From: Macrostomum lignano
Taxonomy: Eukaryota
Assembly (NCBI GenBank): GCA_002269645.1
Contig: NIVC01003867.1
Span: forward strand, 1-37,770
Length of the DNA stretch: 37,770 nucleotides
Direction: 5' to 3'
Each line of letters opens with the position of its first letter. Positions within the stretch are counted from its first letter, which is position 1. The notes beneath the pieces were generated by a model. That model made no database searches. It saw only the letters and a program-made list of their open reading frames with translations, and had not been told where the DNA came from. Both the position numbers and the translations under genes were made by a program. Positions 1 through 10,698 of the stretch are shown here, piece after piece.

Positions 1-1056
1 GGTGCAGAAGATCTTCGAAGAGGCCTGTTTGGACGCCTTCGGCTGAAGTGTCACCAGAGTCGAGACAGACGAATGCCGTGGAGAAGCTTTGCTACTGCTA
101 GAGCCAGCAGGTGATGAGGACTTCGTCGACTCTTTCGAACTCAGGAACTGCCCTTGCCCAGCACTTTCGCGAACCGTAATTTCCTGCTTTAGCGATCGCA
201 AGAGGCTCTCCAGTGAATTAATGTCCGATCCCTGCATTTGCGCGGCTCTCAGGAGCTCTAACCGGAAGGCTGATGGGCACTTGCTCATCAGCGATGGAAC
301 CAAAAGTGACTCGTAAGAATTGGCAGAGACACCCTGAGCGTTCAGGCTACGCATGGCAGCAGAAATGTCATCGTGAAATTGCTGCAGAGAGCGCAGGGAT
401 GCATCAGACAGGCGAAGCTCCGAGATTTTATGCATTAACTCCTTGACAACCACCTCGGGTTTGCCAAAGCGCTCTTTTAGAATATCCACCGCAGTGGAAT
501 AGTTGTCAGCAGTGATAGCCAGGCCTCTAATGCATGACTTTGCCGCCTCAGATAGAGAGGCCACGAGATAATTAAACTTGTCAATTTCAGAAAGTGAGGT
601 GTTTGAATTGATCGAGGAATCGAATTGATCCCAAAATGATTGCCATGTTGAAACCTGCCCATCGAACGTGGGAACCTGCAGCTTAGGGAGCTTGACTTGA
701 GGTTGCTGCGACTGAGTGGGAGGCGAACTCGCCTGAGATTTAAAATTACGAGAAAGAGCAGCTTCTAACCTTTTGATGCAAGTGAGACACTGCAGCCCAT
801 AGCGCTCACAATCATCGCGCTCCGACTCTAACTGCTCATCTGCAAGAGACTCGTCTATCGCATCGTCCAGTTGCCTCAATATACTGAGCTTCGAATTGAA
901 CACCTCGAGATACGCAGCCGCCTCAGCGACTTCGACTTCTCTCTGCAAACCCCTGTCCAACAGCACTTGCACTTTGCCGACCGCTTTAGTAACGCTAGAC
1001 CGAATGCCCGCCCGTTTCCGGACAGCAGCTGCCAATTCATCTTCTGAGAGAACCAT
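1..1056 (-). mobile_element. BEL/Pao LTR retrotransposon gag ORF (DUF1759-type), open from ATG at 1056 to the window edge
   Basis: Manual translation: MVLSEDELAAAVRKRAGIRSSVTK...VKLPKLQVPTFDGQVSTWQSFWDQFDSSINSNTSLSEIDKFNYLVASLSEAAKSCIRGLAITADNYSTAVDILKERFG... This is the typical BEL/Pao gag block. No stop in 352 codons. It is absent from the ORF track because it runs off the window. Confidence 0.92.
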
Positions 1057-1544
1057 GATTGAGATGCGAACGACAACGAGAACACAGAGAAAACCGGCAG
1101 CGAGAATCCCGACTAAAGAACGTCTAAGCGACCAAACGGAGACAAAGGTGGAAAAGAGAGGACAAGAGGGCAGGAGACAAACTACGAGTAGTATGCGAAT
1201 AGAAAAAAGAACATCGAAAAAACAAGCACATAGAGTCAATCTACCGCAAGCCGTGCAGAGTCAGAAGCCAGCAGCACCGGCTCGAATCTAGATGAGAGCC
1301 CCTGGTTCCAGAACGTCACGAAGTTGGCCCGTGCTATGATGTGAAATCAGGTGTGGTCGAGCGGAGACCGTGACCGCCACGGCAGAAGCCGGTTGAACCA
1401 GGAGCGAGCCACTGTCGAGTGCAGACGGCTAGAACAGCGAACTGCAGAGAATGTTGAGCTGGGCCGGAGTTGAGGTCGAGTTTGGCTAGTCGAACTGAGC
1501 TTCTAATGCTAGATTTTGAGCCAGGTTGAATTCTTCAGTAATTT

Positions 1545-1557
1545 ACATTGGGCGCCA
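1545..1557 (-). promoter_or_regulatory. Primer-binding site of the BEL/Pao element, tRNA-Lys(CUU)-like
   Basis: Minus strand reads ...ATAACAACA|TGGCGCCCAATGT. This is a 12/13 match to the complement of the tRNA-Lys(CUU) 3' end (TGGCGCCCAACGT), directly after an LTR-type CA end. Confidence 0.75.
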
Positions 1558-1870
1558 TGTTGTTATTTTGGAGTCGATTTGTTTAACTTTAGGATGAGCA
1601 ACGGAAAAACAAACGATAGGCACGAAAGGCCTTGCACGGTCAATATATTTTGTATTAAAAATGGTGAGTGAAAATTTGGGGGGTGGGGGGGGGCTAGGTA
1701 GGCTAGGAGAGAGATAAGAAGGGTAGGAAAACGGGGGGAGGCGGCAAAGCGCACAAACAGAGGGGTGGTTTGAAAGCGGCAAATAAATCGATATTAGGCT
1801 AAACAACCACCACCGTACACACAGGTACATATGCACTGAATGAATGAGTGAATGAATGAATTCCGCGACA
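1558..1870 (-). mobile_element. 5' LTR of the BEL/Pao element (3' end firm at 1558; 5' end uncertain, about 1870 or up to about 2055)
   Basis: The CA end abuts the PBS. A candidate TGT start (TGTCGCGG on minus) lies at 1870. The second LTR is outside the window, so the boundary cannot be confirmed. Confidence 0.55.
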
Positions 1871-2065
1871 TTCATTCACTCATCCACTTTTTCATGATTC
1901 TGTCGGGGATAATATGGATGGATTTAATGGGATTATGGAGGACGTTTTGTGAGCGAGTGCGACCCCCCTTTTTTTCTGATTCTGTCAGGGATAATATGAA
2001 TGGATTTAATGGGATTATGGAGGACGTGAAAAATTTTGTCCCAGAAGCCCCCTCATGCCTTCTAC

Positions 2066-2319
2066 TGCCGCAGCTATTGCGCGGCGCATCTGAAGGCTGC
2101 GTACGGCTGTTCAGTCCAAGGACTGGAGGGGGGTCGCCACACACATCTTCAATCACCCCAGCTAATGCTCGCACCCATTTTACAGCTGGGTGAACTGAAG
2201 CAACTTGCACAGTTAAGTGTCTTGCTCAAGGACAAAAATTGTTCCGAGTGGGATTGGGAATCGAACCCCCGACCTTACAGTCGTGAGTGGCCGTCGCTCT
2301 AACCACCCGGCTGCAACCC
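2066..2319 (-). mobile_element. tRNA-derived SINE with CORE-like central domain, copy 1 (3' tail truncated)
   Basis: Minus strand has a tRNA-like head with B box GGTTCGATTCC, then CCTTGAGCAAGACACTTAAC...TCAGTTCACCCAGCTGTAAAATGGG, resembling the MIR CORE. It aligns with the copies at about 13.6, 18.7 and 28.3 kb. Confidence 0.85.
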
Positions 2320-2739
2320 GTCTTGGATGTAAGAAATAGATTAAAAATCAGAAATAAATTTTAACTGCAATCATCTAAATTTAATATATTGTAGTAAGCC
2401 ATTTATGTAAATTTAAAAAGCAAAAATTACCAACATAATTGAACTTTATTACATGCTACGTGTGAGAGTAAATGATTTTGAAAAAAAATTTAATAAATCA
2501 ATGTAGTCTACCATAATTTAGTATTGAAGAATATGCATTCACACATTTCTGAAAGTCAAAAGTCATGGTGAAAGAAAAAGAAATTTAAACGCAGAACATA
2601 TTTTTTACATGCAATAAGCCGAAAATTGCTAAAAATTAATCTAGAGGCTGACTAGAATGGCTTTACAGTCATTAATTAGCTTATTATCAGCGCACAAAAT
2701 CTATAATCAGTTCACATGAAGTTTCAAGGGTTTATGTCC

Positions 2740-3575
2740 AGACCAGATGGAATTTCGATAAGGATCCATGCCCAGTCCAGGTCGAGTTTCAAAATGGTCC
2801 ATGCACAGTGTATAATTGAGTTTCAGAAAGGTTCATGCCCAGTTCAGATCGAGTTTTAGAAAAGGTCCATTCCCAGTCCAGTTAGTTTGAGTTTCAATAA
2901 GGGTCCTTGCCCAGTCCAGATTGAGCTTGAAAGGGTCCATGACTATTCCAGATCGAGTTTCAAAAAAGTCCATTCCCAGTCCAGTTGGAGTTTCGAAAGG
3001 GTCCTTGCCCAGTCAAGATGAAATTTCAACGTCCATTCCCAGTCCAGATCGAGTTTCAAAAGGGTCCTTGCCCAGTCCAGATAGACTTATAATAAGGGTT
3101 CATGACTATTTCAGATCGAGTTTACAAAAGGTCCATTCCCAGTCCAGATCGAGTTTCAAAAGGGTCCATGCCCAGTCCAGATTGAGCTTTGAAAGGGTCC
3201 ATGGCCAGTCTAGATCAAGTTTAAAAGGGTTCATGACTATTCCAGATCGAGTTTACAGAAGGTCTATTCCCAGTCCAGTTGGAGTTTTGAAAGGATCCTT
3301 GCCCAGTCAAGATGAAATTTCAACGTCCATTCCCAGACCAGATCGAGTTTCAAAAAGGTCCATGCCCAGTCCAGATCGATTTTTAAAAAAGGTCCATTTC
3401 CAGTCCAGTTGGAGTTTCGATAAGGGTCCATGCCCAGTCCAGATCGAGTTTCAAATGGGTCCATATGCGCAGTCCAGATTGAGTATCATAAGGGTCAATT
3501 TCCAATCCAGATCCAGTTTCAAAAGGGTCCATGCCCAGTCCAGTTGGAGTGTCAAGGGTCCCTGTCCAGTCAGTT
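2740..3575. repeat. Degenerate ~32-bp minisatellite (AAAGGGTCCATGCCCAGTCCAGATCGAGTTTC) with a ~294-bp higher-order repeat
   Basis: The unit is visible throughout. The variant block GACTATTCCAGATCG...CAAGATGAAATTTCAACGTCC occurs at about 2941 and again at about 3235. Confidence 0.9.
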
Positions 3576-4011
3576 GCCGCAGGCCCAGCGTATCCGCAGT
3601 TGGCTGGCCGCCTGCAGCCGGCAGACGCACTGGAACAGCTTCACCGCCGGGCCGAGCCGCAGGCCGAGACAGGCCAGCACGTCGCCCCTGCGCAGCAGCA
3701 TCAGCGCTTCGCCGTCGATTTCTTGAGTCCGGAAAGCCGCCGCCGCCTCGGCGAATCCTCGAGCTCGGAGCCAGTCGGCAACTTCCTCGATTGTCCAGGC
3801 GGATGCGTCGACGTCGTAGATGGAAGAATCGTCGTCCAGATCGTCGTCGTAGTAGTCGGCATTGTCCAGATCTTCGGTTTCGGATTGCTCTTCAACTGAT
3901 TTGCCTGTTGCTGCTTTTGCTGAGTCGATTGCTTCTGCTGTATCGGATTCTTCTTCTTCTACAGTTTTGCAGTCGTATGCTTTTGCTGGCTGAGGTCCTT
4001 CGATTTGCTCG
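3570..4011 (-). CDS. SAMD1: SAMD1-like coding exon 2 (acidic linker, SAM domain, TGA)
   Basis: Phase-compatible acceptor at 4012 and a recognisable SAM domain. Confidence 0.88.
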
Positions 4012-5564
4012 CTAAAGATGAGTTTGCGGAGCTCTTTGAACAATTGGTGGAAGGAGCGGATCTTCTGGGTGGAGGGGCGGATCTTGTGGTAGGAGGGGCG
4101 GATCTTGTGGTAGGAGGGGCGGATCTTGTGGTAGGAGGAGCGGATCTTGTGGTAGGAGGAGCGGATCTTCTGCTGGGAGAGGTGGTTCTTCTGGTGGGAG
4201 TGGTAGATCTTCAGTGGGAGGGGCGGATCTTCAGGTTAGAGGGGCGGATCTCTGAAGGGAAAGGCGGATTCTCTAGTGGGAGGGGCGGATCCTCTAGTAG
4301 GAGGGGCGGATCTTCTGGTTAGAGGGGCGGATCTCTGAAGGGAAGGGCGGATCCTTTAGTGGGATGGGCGGATCCTCTAGTGGGAGGGGCGGATCTTCTG
4401 ATGAGAGGGGCGGATCTTCTGGTGGGAGGTGCGGACCTTCTGATAGGAGGGGCGTATTTGGCGGTGCAGAGGGGCGGATACAGTAGTAAAAGAGGTGAAT
4501 TATTAAGAATCTGCATCAAAATAAAGTCTATTGCTGACTCACATCAAGTCGCTGCCTTCGGTCGCATCTGCAGGCTCAGCTGTGCAGCCGATGGCACAGT
4601 CCATTGAAAGCTCATCTCTGTGAGATTCGACAACAGACTTTCTCAAGACTTCACTTTCGATAACTTCGTCCTTCAAATAGCCCCCAGGCTGCTCAGCGTG
4701 CTCAGTCTTGACCACCGCACGCGCTAGAGCAGAAGCTGACGAAACAGTCAGATCCAAAGCTTGAAACGGCTCAACCTCTTCATCTTTGACTTCAGCTTTG
4801 GAACAGCTGGAATTTGAGACGGCTGCTGCTTGAGCAGAATCCGTCGCTTGAGTCTGCTTTCGCTTCTTTTGAATCGTTCGCTCCCCAGTTGAGCAGGTGC
4901 TGGCACTTGATGATGATAGTTTGTTGCGCCACTTTGCCGCATTGCGATATGACACCGAGCCCTTGTACTCAACACGCAGCACCGCGCCCTCCTCTACTAG
5001 GCGTTCCAGAGCTCTCGCGATTGTCTCCCGAGGCAGGCCAAGCTGCCGCGACATCATCGAGCAGATCCGATCAGCGTCTGGACGAGCTTTGCGCTCTCTG
5101 AGACGGTCAATGATTGACAGCAGGCTGGATTTGAGACTGGCCGGATTGCTGTCTATGGCCGAAGGCTCCGGTGTTTGCAGAGGCGTCGGCAGTTCGGCTG
5201 CAGCAGCTGCAGCCGATGGAATTACATGAGACTGCTGTAACAGCTGCTCATGTTGCTGCATCAACTGTTGCTGCTGAGCCAGAAATACTTGGCTGAGATT
5301 GTGCTGCACATGTTGCTGAGGATGATGATGGTAAAGAGGATGCTGGGAAGCTGGTGGATAAAATGCAGCGTAGGCGTATTGCTGGCTCAAAGCAGCTGCA
5401 GCTTCTAAAAGCAGAGCGTGCTGCTGCTGCTGCTGTTGCTGTTGTAGCAGCTGGTGCTGCTGAAGAGGCAGAGGCCAGTGGCTGTTGCTCATCCCGGATG
5501 TCGACGCAGCAGCAGCCGCAGCAGCGGAGCTTTTTGAAGAAGCGACATACATGTCGGATTTCAT
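3570..5564 (-). CDS. SAMD1: SAMD1 (atherin)-like winged-helix + SAM protein; join(5564..4543, 4011..3570), about 487 aa
   Basis: The WH segment IIDRLRERKARPDADRICSMM...VLRVEYKGSVSYRNAA closely matches the SAMD1 WH signature (RKARPD..RIC.M; VLRV.YKGS.SYRNAA). The C-terminal SAM reads WTIEEVADWL...FRTQEIDGEALMLL...LGLRLGPAVK. Donor AT|GTGAGT at 4542 and acceptor TCATCTTTAG|C at 4012 are both phase 2. Start context is GCC ATG. Confidence 0.9.
4050..4485. repeat. 21-bp G-rich intronic minisatellite (GGAGGGGCGGATCTTGTGGTA)
   Basis: About 20 units fill most of the 531-bp SAMD1 intron. Confidence 0.9.
4543..5564 (-). CDS. SAMD1: SAMD1-like coding exon 1 (Q/A/H-rich N-terminus, WH domain, linker)
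   Basis: ORF 4539..5564 is cut by a consensus GTGAGT donor. Confidence 0.9.
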
Positions 5565-5566
5565 GG

Positions 5567-6062
5567 CTGAACGATAAGTATTAAGAATCGCTGGAGATTT
5601 CTTGGAATCGCGTCAAATGTCTTAAGATCGTCTTTGTCCGGCGGTTGGGAAGCTGCGTCTCAGGCCTTCCTTAATACTCGTAGCCACTGCTATATAGAAT
5701 ATACTAATACTATATAACATAGAAAGACCGATGGGGGAAGGAGAGGGCGGGGTGGGATGGGAGGCGGTCGGGTCGCCGGGGCTGTCGAACTGTCGGCCTG
5801 TCGCTTGCGTCGCACGCACGCACAGCACAAGAAGGGTAAAGGATGGGGCAGCGGGGGGGGGGCGGCGGTTGGCCAGGGGGTTGGGGGCGGGGTGGTTGGT
5901 CGATCGCCGCCCCAAGGAGTTTCCGAGGCTTGAGAGTTGGCGGTTAGCTGGCCTGGCTGGGGGCTGACTAACACACAAAACGGTTGGCTTGGGCTCTCTC
6001 GAGAGCGCGGAGAGAGAGAGGCTAGCGGCGCGAACACACTGGCAGGGAGGCTCTGTGCTTAC
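5567..6062 (-). other. Probable 5' UTR intron of the SAMD1-like gene, inside a GC/CpG-rich promoter-like region
   Basis: Acceptor TTAATACTTATCGTTCAG|CCATG lies 2 nt before the ATG. A candidate donor GTAAGC lies at 6062. The acceptor could instead be a trans-splice site. Confidence 0.45.
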
Positions 6063-6686
6063 TTAGCGGCTGGAGGGCCCTCCCTCCCTTGGGGGTTTTG
6101 GGCGGGTGGTGAGAGAGACGAAGCGAGGAAGCGATGGATGGAAGCGGCGGTGGCAGCGGCCACCGGGCACCCCTTAGCTTCCCAGCGCGCGGCGCATGCA
6201 ATCAAAAGAAGTAAAAGGAAGGAAGATTGAAAGAAGGAATAAAGAGAGGCCGCCCATGGCCAAGGAGATTTGGAACTAGAATCTGGAGTAGACAGCTCTG
6301 CAAAAAATCATTTTATTTGGCTACAAGAGTCAAGACACCTCCCATTGCGGTATATACGCTCTGGTGATGGTAATTATTCACTCCGGAGCAACGCCTTCGG
6401 AACGCAACCAATACTGTTACGTAGACACCAAGAGAGAGGATAGAAATCCCATATACTGATCTCGATGCCAGTGGCGGGCGGAACCCGACAGATGAAAAGA
6501 AGAAGCAAAAAAAGATTTGAGCATATGAATAAGTAAGCAAAGTAGCGAAGCTTACTTGACTGATAGATCAGAGCGAGTGTGATAGAGACAGAGAGAGAGA
6601 GAGAGATGCATCTAACCCCCCCCCCCCAGTAGAGCTCTAACCTTTCTGCTCTAACCTTTAGTTAGAAGCCTCTGCCTTTGTCGGTC

Positions 6687-6694
6687 ACGCAAGC

Positions 6695-6746
<52 letters not shown>
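6687..6746. repeat. (GA)n microsatellite; a shorter (GA)n lies at about 6585-6606
   Basis: Seen directly. Confidence 0.95.
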
Positions 6747-6750
<4 letters not shown>

Positions 6751-6784
6751 AGACAAGACCGCGAGCGAAGCCAAATAGACACAT

Positions 6785-9436
6785 CCACACACCTGGAAGG
6801 GAAGACTTCCACACACCTGGAAGGAAGACTTCCACACACCTGGAAGGAAGACTTCCACACACCTGGAAGGAAGACTTCCACACACCTGGAAGGAAGACTT
6901 CCACACACCTGGAAGGAAGACTTCCACACACCTGGAAGGAAGACTTCCACACACCTGGAAGGAAGACTTCCACACACCTGGAAGGAAGACTTCCACACAC
7001 CTGGAAGGAAGACTTCCACACACCTGGAAGGAAGACTTCCACACACCTGGAAGGAAGACTTCCACACACCTGGAAGGAAGACTTCCACACACCTGGAAGG
7101 AAGACTTCCACACACCTGTAAGAAAGACTTCCACACACCTGGAAGGAAGACTTCCACACACCTGGAAGGAAGACTTCCACACACCTGGAAGGAAGACTTC
7201 CACACACCTGGAAGGAAGACTTCCACACACCTGGAAGGAAGACTTCCACACACCTGGAAGGAAGACTTCCACACACCTGGAAGGAAGACTTCCACACACC
7301 TGGAAGGAAGACTTCCACACACCTGGAAGGAAGACTTCCACACACCTGGAAGGAAGACTTCCACACACCTGAAAGGAAGACTTCCACACAACTGGAAAGA
7401 AGACTTCCACACACCTGGAAGGAAGACTTCCACACACCTGGAAGGAAGACTTCCACACACCTGGAAGGAAGACTTCCACACACCTGGAAGGAAGACTTCC
7501 ACACACCTGGAAGGAAGACTTCCACACACCTGGAAGGAAGACTTCCACACAACTGGAAGGAAGACTTCCACACACCTGGAAGGAAGACTTCCACACACCT
7601 GGAAGGAAGACTTCCACACACCTGGAAGGAAGACTTCCACACACCTGGAAGGAAGACTTCCACACACCTGGAAGGAAGACTTCCACACACCTGAAAGGAA
7701 GACTTCCACACACCTGGAAGGAAGACTTCCACACACCTGGAAGGAAGACTTCCACACACCTGGAAGGAAGACTTCCACACAACTGGAAGGAAGACTTCCA
7801 CACACCTGGAAGGAAGACTTCCACACACCTGGAAGGAAGACTTCCACACACCTGGAAGGAAGACTTCCACACACCTGGAAGGAAGACTTCCACACACCTG
7901 GAAGGAAGACTTCCACACACCTGGAAGGAAGACTTCCACACACCTGGAAGGAAGACTTCCACACACCTGGAAGGAAGACTTCCACACACCTGGAAGGAAG
8001 ACTTCCACACACCTGGAAGGAAGACTTCCACACACCTGGAAGGAAGACTTCCACACACCTGGAAGGAAGACTTCCACACACCTGGAAGGAAGACTTCCAC
8101 ACACCTGGAAGGAAGACTTCCACACACCTGGAAGGAAGACTTCCACACACCTGGAAGGAAGACTTCCACACACCTGGAAGGAAGACTTCCACACACCTGG
8201 AAGGGAAGACTTCCACACAACTGGAAGGAAGACTTCCACACACCTGGAAGGAAGACTTCCACACACCTGGAAGGAAGACTTCCACACACCTGGATGGAAG
8301 ACTTCCACACACCTGGAAGGAAGACTTCCACACACCTGGAAGGAAGACTTCCACACACCTGGAAGGAAGACTTCCACACACCTGGAAGGAAGACTTCCAC
8401 ACACCTGGAAGGAAGACTTCCACACACCTGGAAGGAAGACTTCCACACACCTGGAAGGAAGACTTCCACACACCTGGAAGGAAGACTTCCACACACCTGG
8501 AAGGAAGACTTCCACACACCTGGAAGGAAGACTTCCACACAACTGGAAGGAAGACTTCCACACACCTGGAAGGAAGACTTCCACACACCTGGAAGGAAGA
8601 CTTCCACACACCTGGAAGGAAGACTTCCACACACCTGGAAGGAAGACTTCCACACACCTGGAAGGAAGACTTCCACACAACTGGAAGGAAGACTTCCACA
8701 CACCTGGAAGGAAGACTTCCACACACCTGGAAGGAAGACTTCCACACACCTGGAAGGAAGACTTCCACACACCTGGAAGGAAGACTTCCACACACCTGGA
8801 AGGAAGACTTCCACACACCTGGAAGGAAGACTTCCACACACCTGGAAGGAAGACTTCCACACACCTGGAAGGAAGACTTCCACACACCTGGAAGGAAGAC
8901 TTCCACACACCTGGAAGGAAGACTTCCACACACCTGGAAGGGAAGACTTCCACACAACTGGAAGGAAGACTTCCACACACCTGGAAGGAAGACTTCCACA
9001 CACCTGGAAGGAAGACTTCCACACACCTGGATGGAAGACTTCCACACACCTGGAAGGAAGACTTCCACACACCTGGAAGGAAGACTTCCACACACCTGGA
9101 AGGAAGACTTCCACACACCTGGAAGGAAGACTTCCACACACCTGGAAGGAAGACTTCCACACACCTGGAAGGAAGACTTCCACACACCTGGAAGGAAGAC
9201 TTCCACACACCTGGAAGGAAGACTTCCACACACCTGGAAGGAAGACTTCCACACACCTGGATGGAAGACTTCCACACACCTGGAAGGAAGACTTCCACAC
9301 ACCTGGAAGGAAGACTTCCACACACCTGGAAGGAAGACTTCCACACACCTGGAAGGAAGACTTCCACACACCTGGAAGGAAGACTTCCACACACCTGGAA
9401 GGAAGACTTCCACACACCTGGATGGAAGACTTCCAT
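6785..9436. repeat. Homogeneous 23-bp minisatellite (CCACACACCTGGAAGGAAGACTT), about 115 copies
   Basis: Seen directly, with rare variants (CAACTGG, GGATGG, GGGAAGAC, TGAAAGG). It generates the 900-aa artefact ORFs. Confidence 0.98.
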
Positions 9437-10548
9437 ACAACTTAAAGTCCCTCTAACATAAAAAAGAAGCAAAACACGAAAACTCGGTGTAACAATTTAG
9501 AATTGTGTTGTCATCATTCCAACATTAAAATATTTAAAATAAATAAGTATTATTTATGAATAAATTTATTAGGCAAACGCGCACAGACAGACAGGAACAA
9601 GAATTAAACTAGGCAGTGTATAAGGGAGTGAAGAATAAACAAAGTGGCCACATAGTAGCAATTATAGCATTTCCAATGACTAAAGTTAAACAAATCAACA
9701 CATATTTATTGTACATAACACACTTTTTTGAGTCTGTTCTGCCACTAAAATATTATTATTTTATTATTATTACAGCATTCGATACGAGTGCCAAACACAT
9801 ACTACTGTCACAGATTAGTAGTAAGCGGATGAGTAGGCAAGCAAATAATTGCACTCATTCCAAACGAAAAATAATATTATGTAGTGAAAAAGAAAATCAA
9901 AACATATAACAGAATTATAACAAAATAAAAAACATTTTTTCCAGATTTGTTTGGCTTTTTTTGCATTTTGCGGCTTTCATTGCACCACAAGGTGAATTGC
10001 GAATGTCAATTAAATATTATTTGTTATAACGCCAATATTTTTTGCGAGTTGTATTTAATAACAGACAACAGTAAAACACTGAATTAAGGTTTTTTAATCT
10101 TGACTTTGACAAAATTGACTTCAATTTTAGCAGGCCAACAAAATAAAGTGAATGGCAAACCAAATTTTGATGTCATCAATTTTGCTAAAGTCGAGATTGA
10201 CAAAATAAATGATTAAGCAAACAAAAAGTAAGACAAAACAAACAACAGAAAGTTATATCAAATCAATAATATTAAAATCCATTTGCATACTAGGAGGACT
10301 CCGTCGTGTGGCACTTGTGACATGAGAGCTACTGACACAGGTAGTTGAATAAGTAGCAAATTCTATTGTACTAAACATTTGTTTAATTATTAATTCTTAA
10401 TTCCTTCGTTTAAGCTTTGGCCTCTCGCCATTATCTGCCTTCTCGCCTGCCAGACTCAAAAACTGTACGCGTAAATTCAATGTAAGCTGGCTGCTGACTT
10501 CATGCCGAATGCTTGGGTTCCATTTACTGATGAAATGGAACTGCTGAA

Positions 10549-10614
10549 GGACAGACAGACAGACACAGACAGACACACAGACAGACACAGACACACACAC
10601 AGACAGACACACAC

Positions 10615-10645
<31 letters not shown>

Positions 10646-10698
10646 CAGACAGACAGACACAGACAGACACAGACAGACAGACAGACACAGACAGACAG
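10549..10698. repeat. Compound (CAGA)n/(CA)n microsatellite
   Basis: Seen directly. Confidence 0.95.

Noticed and set aside
2250-2319. tRNA gene candidates (also about 13820-13882, 18810-18876, 28480-28547)
   Set aside because: They have A/B boxes but continue into a shared SINE body and lack a clean cloverleaf. These are SINE heads.
2921-4015. 364-aa plus-strand ORF
   Set aside because: It is the 32-bp minisatellite plus the antisense of SAMD1 exon 2.
6305-6460. Short plus frame with QDTSHCGIYAL, reminiscent of a cysteine-protease catalytic motif
   Set aside because: Only about 50 codons, with no His/Asp segment and no supported splice partners; not supportable.
6785-9436. CRISPR-like interpretation of this and the other arrays
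   Set aside because: Units are contiguous with no unique spacers, there are no cas genes, and the context is eukaryotic.
6651-9472. Three 910-936-aa minus ORFs and several plus ORFs
   Set aside because: They are translations of a stop-free 23-bp repeat. Identical 23-aa periodicity appears in all frames and there is no unique domain.
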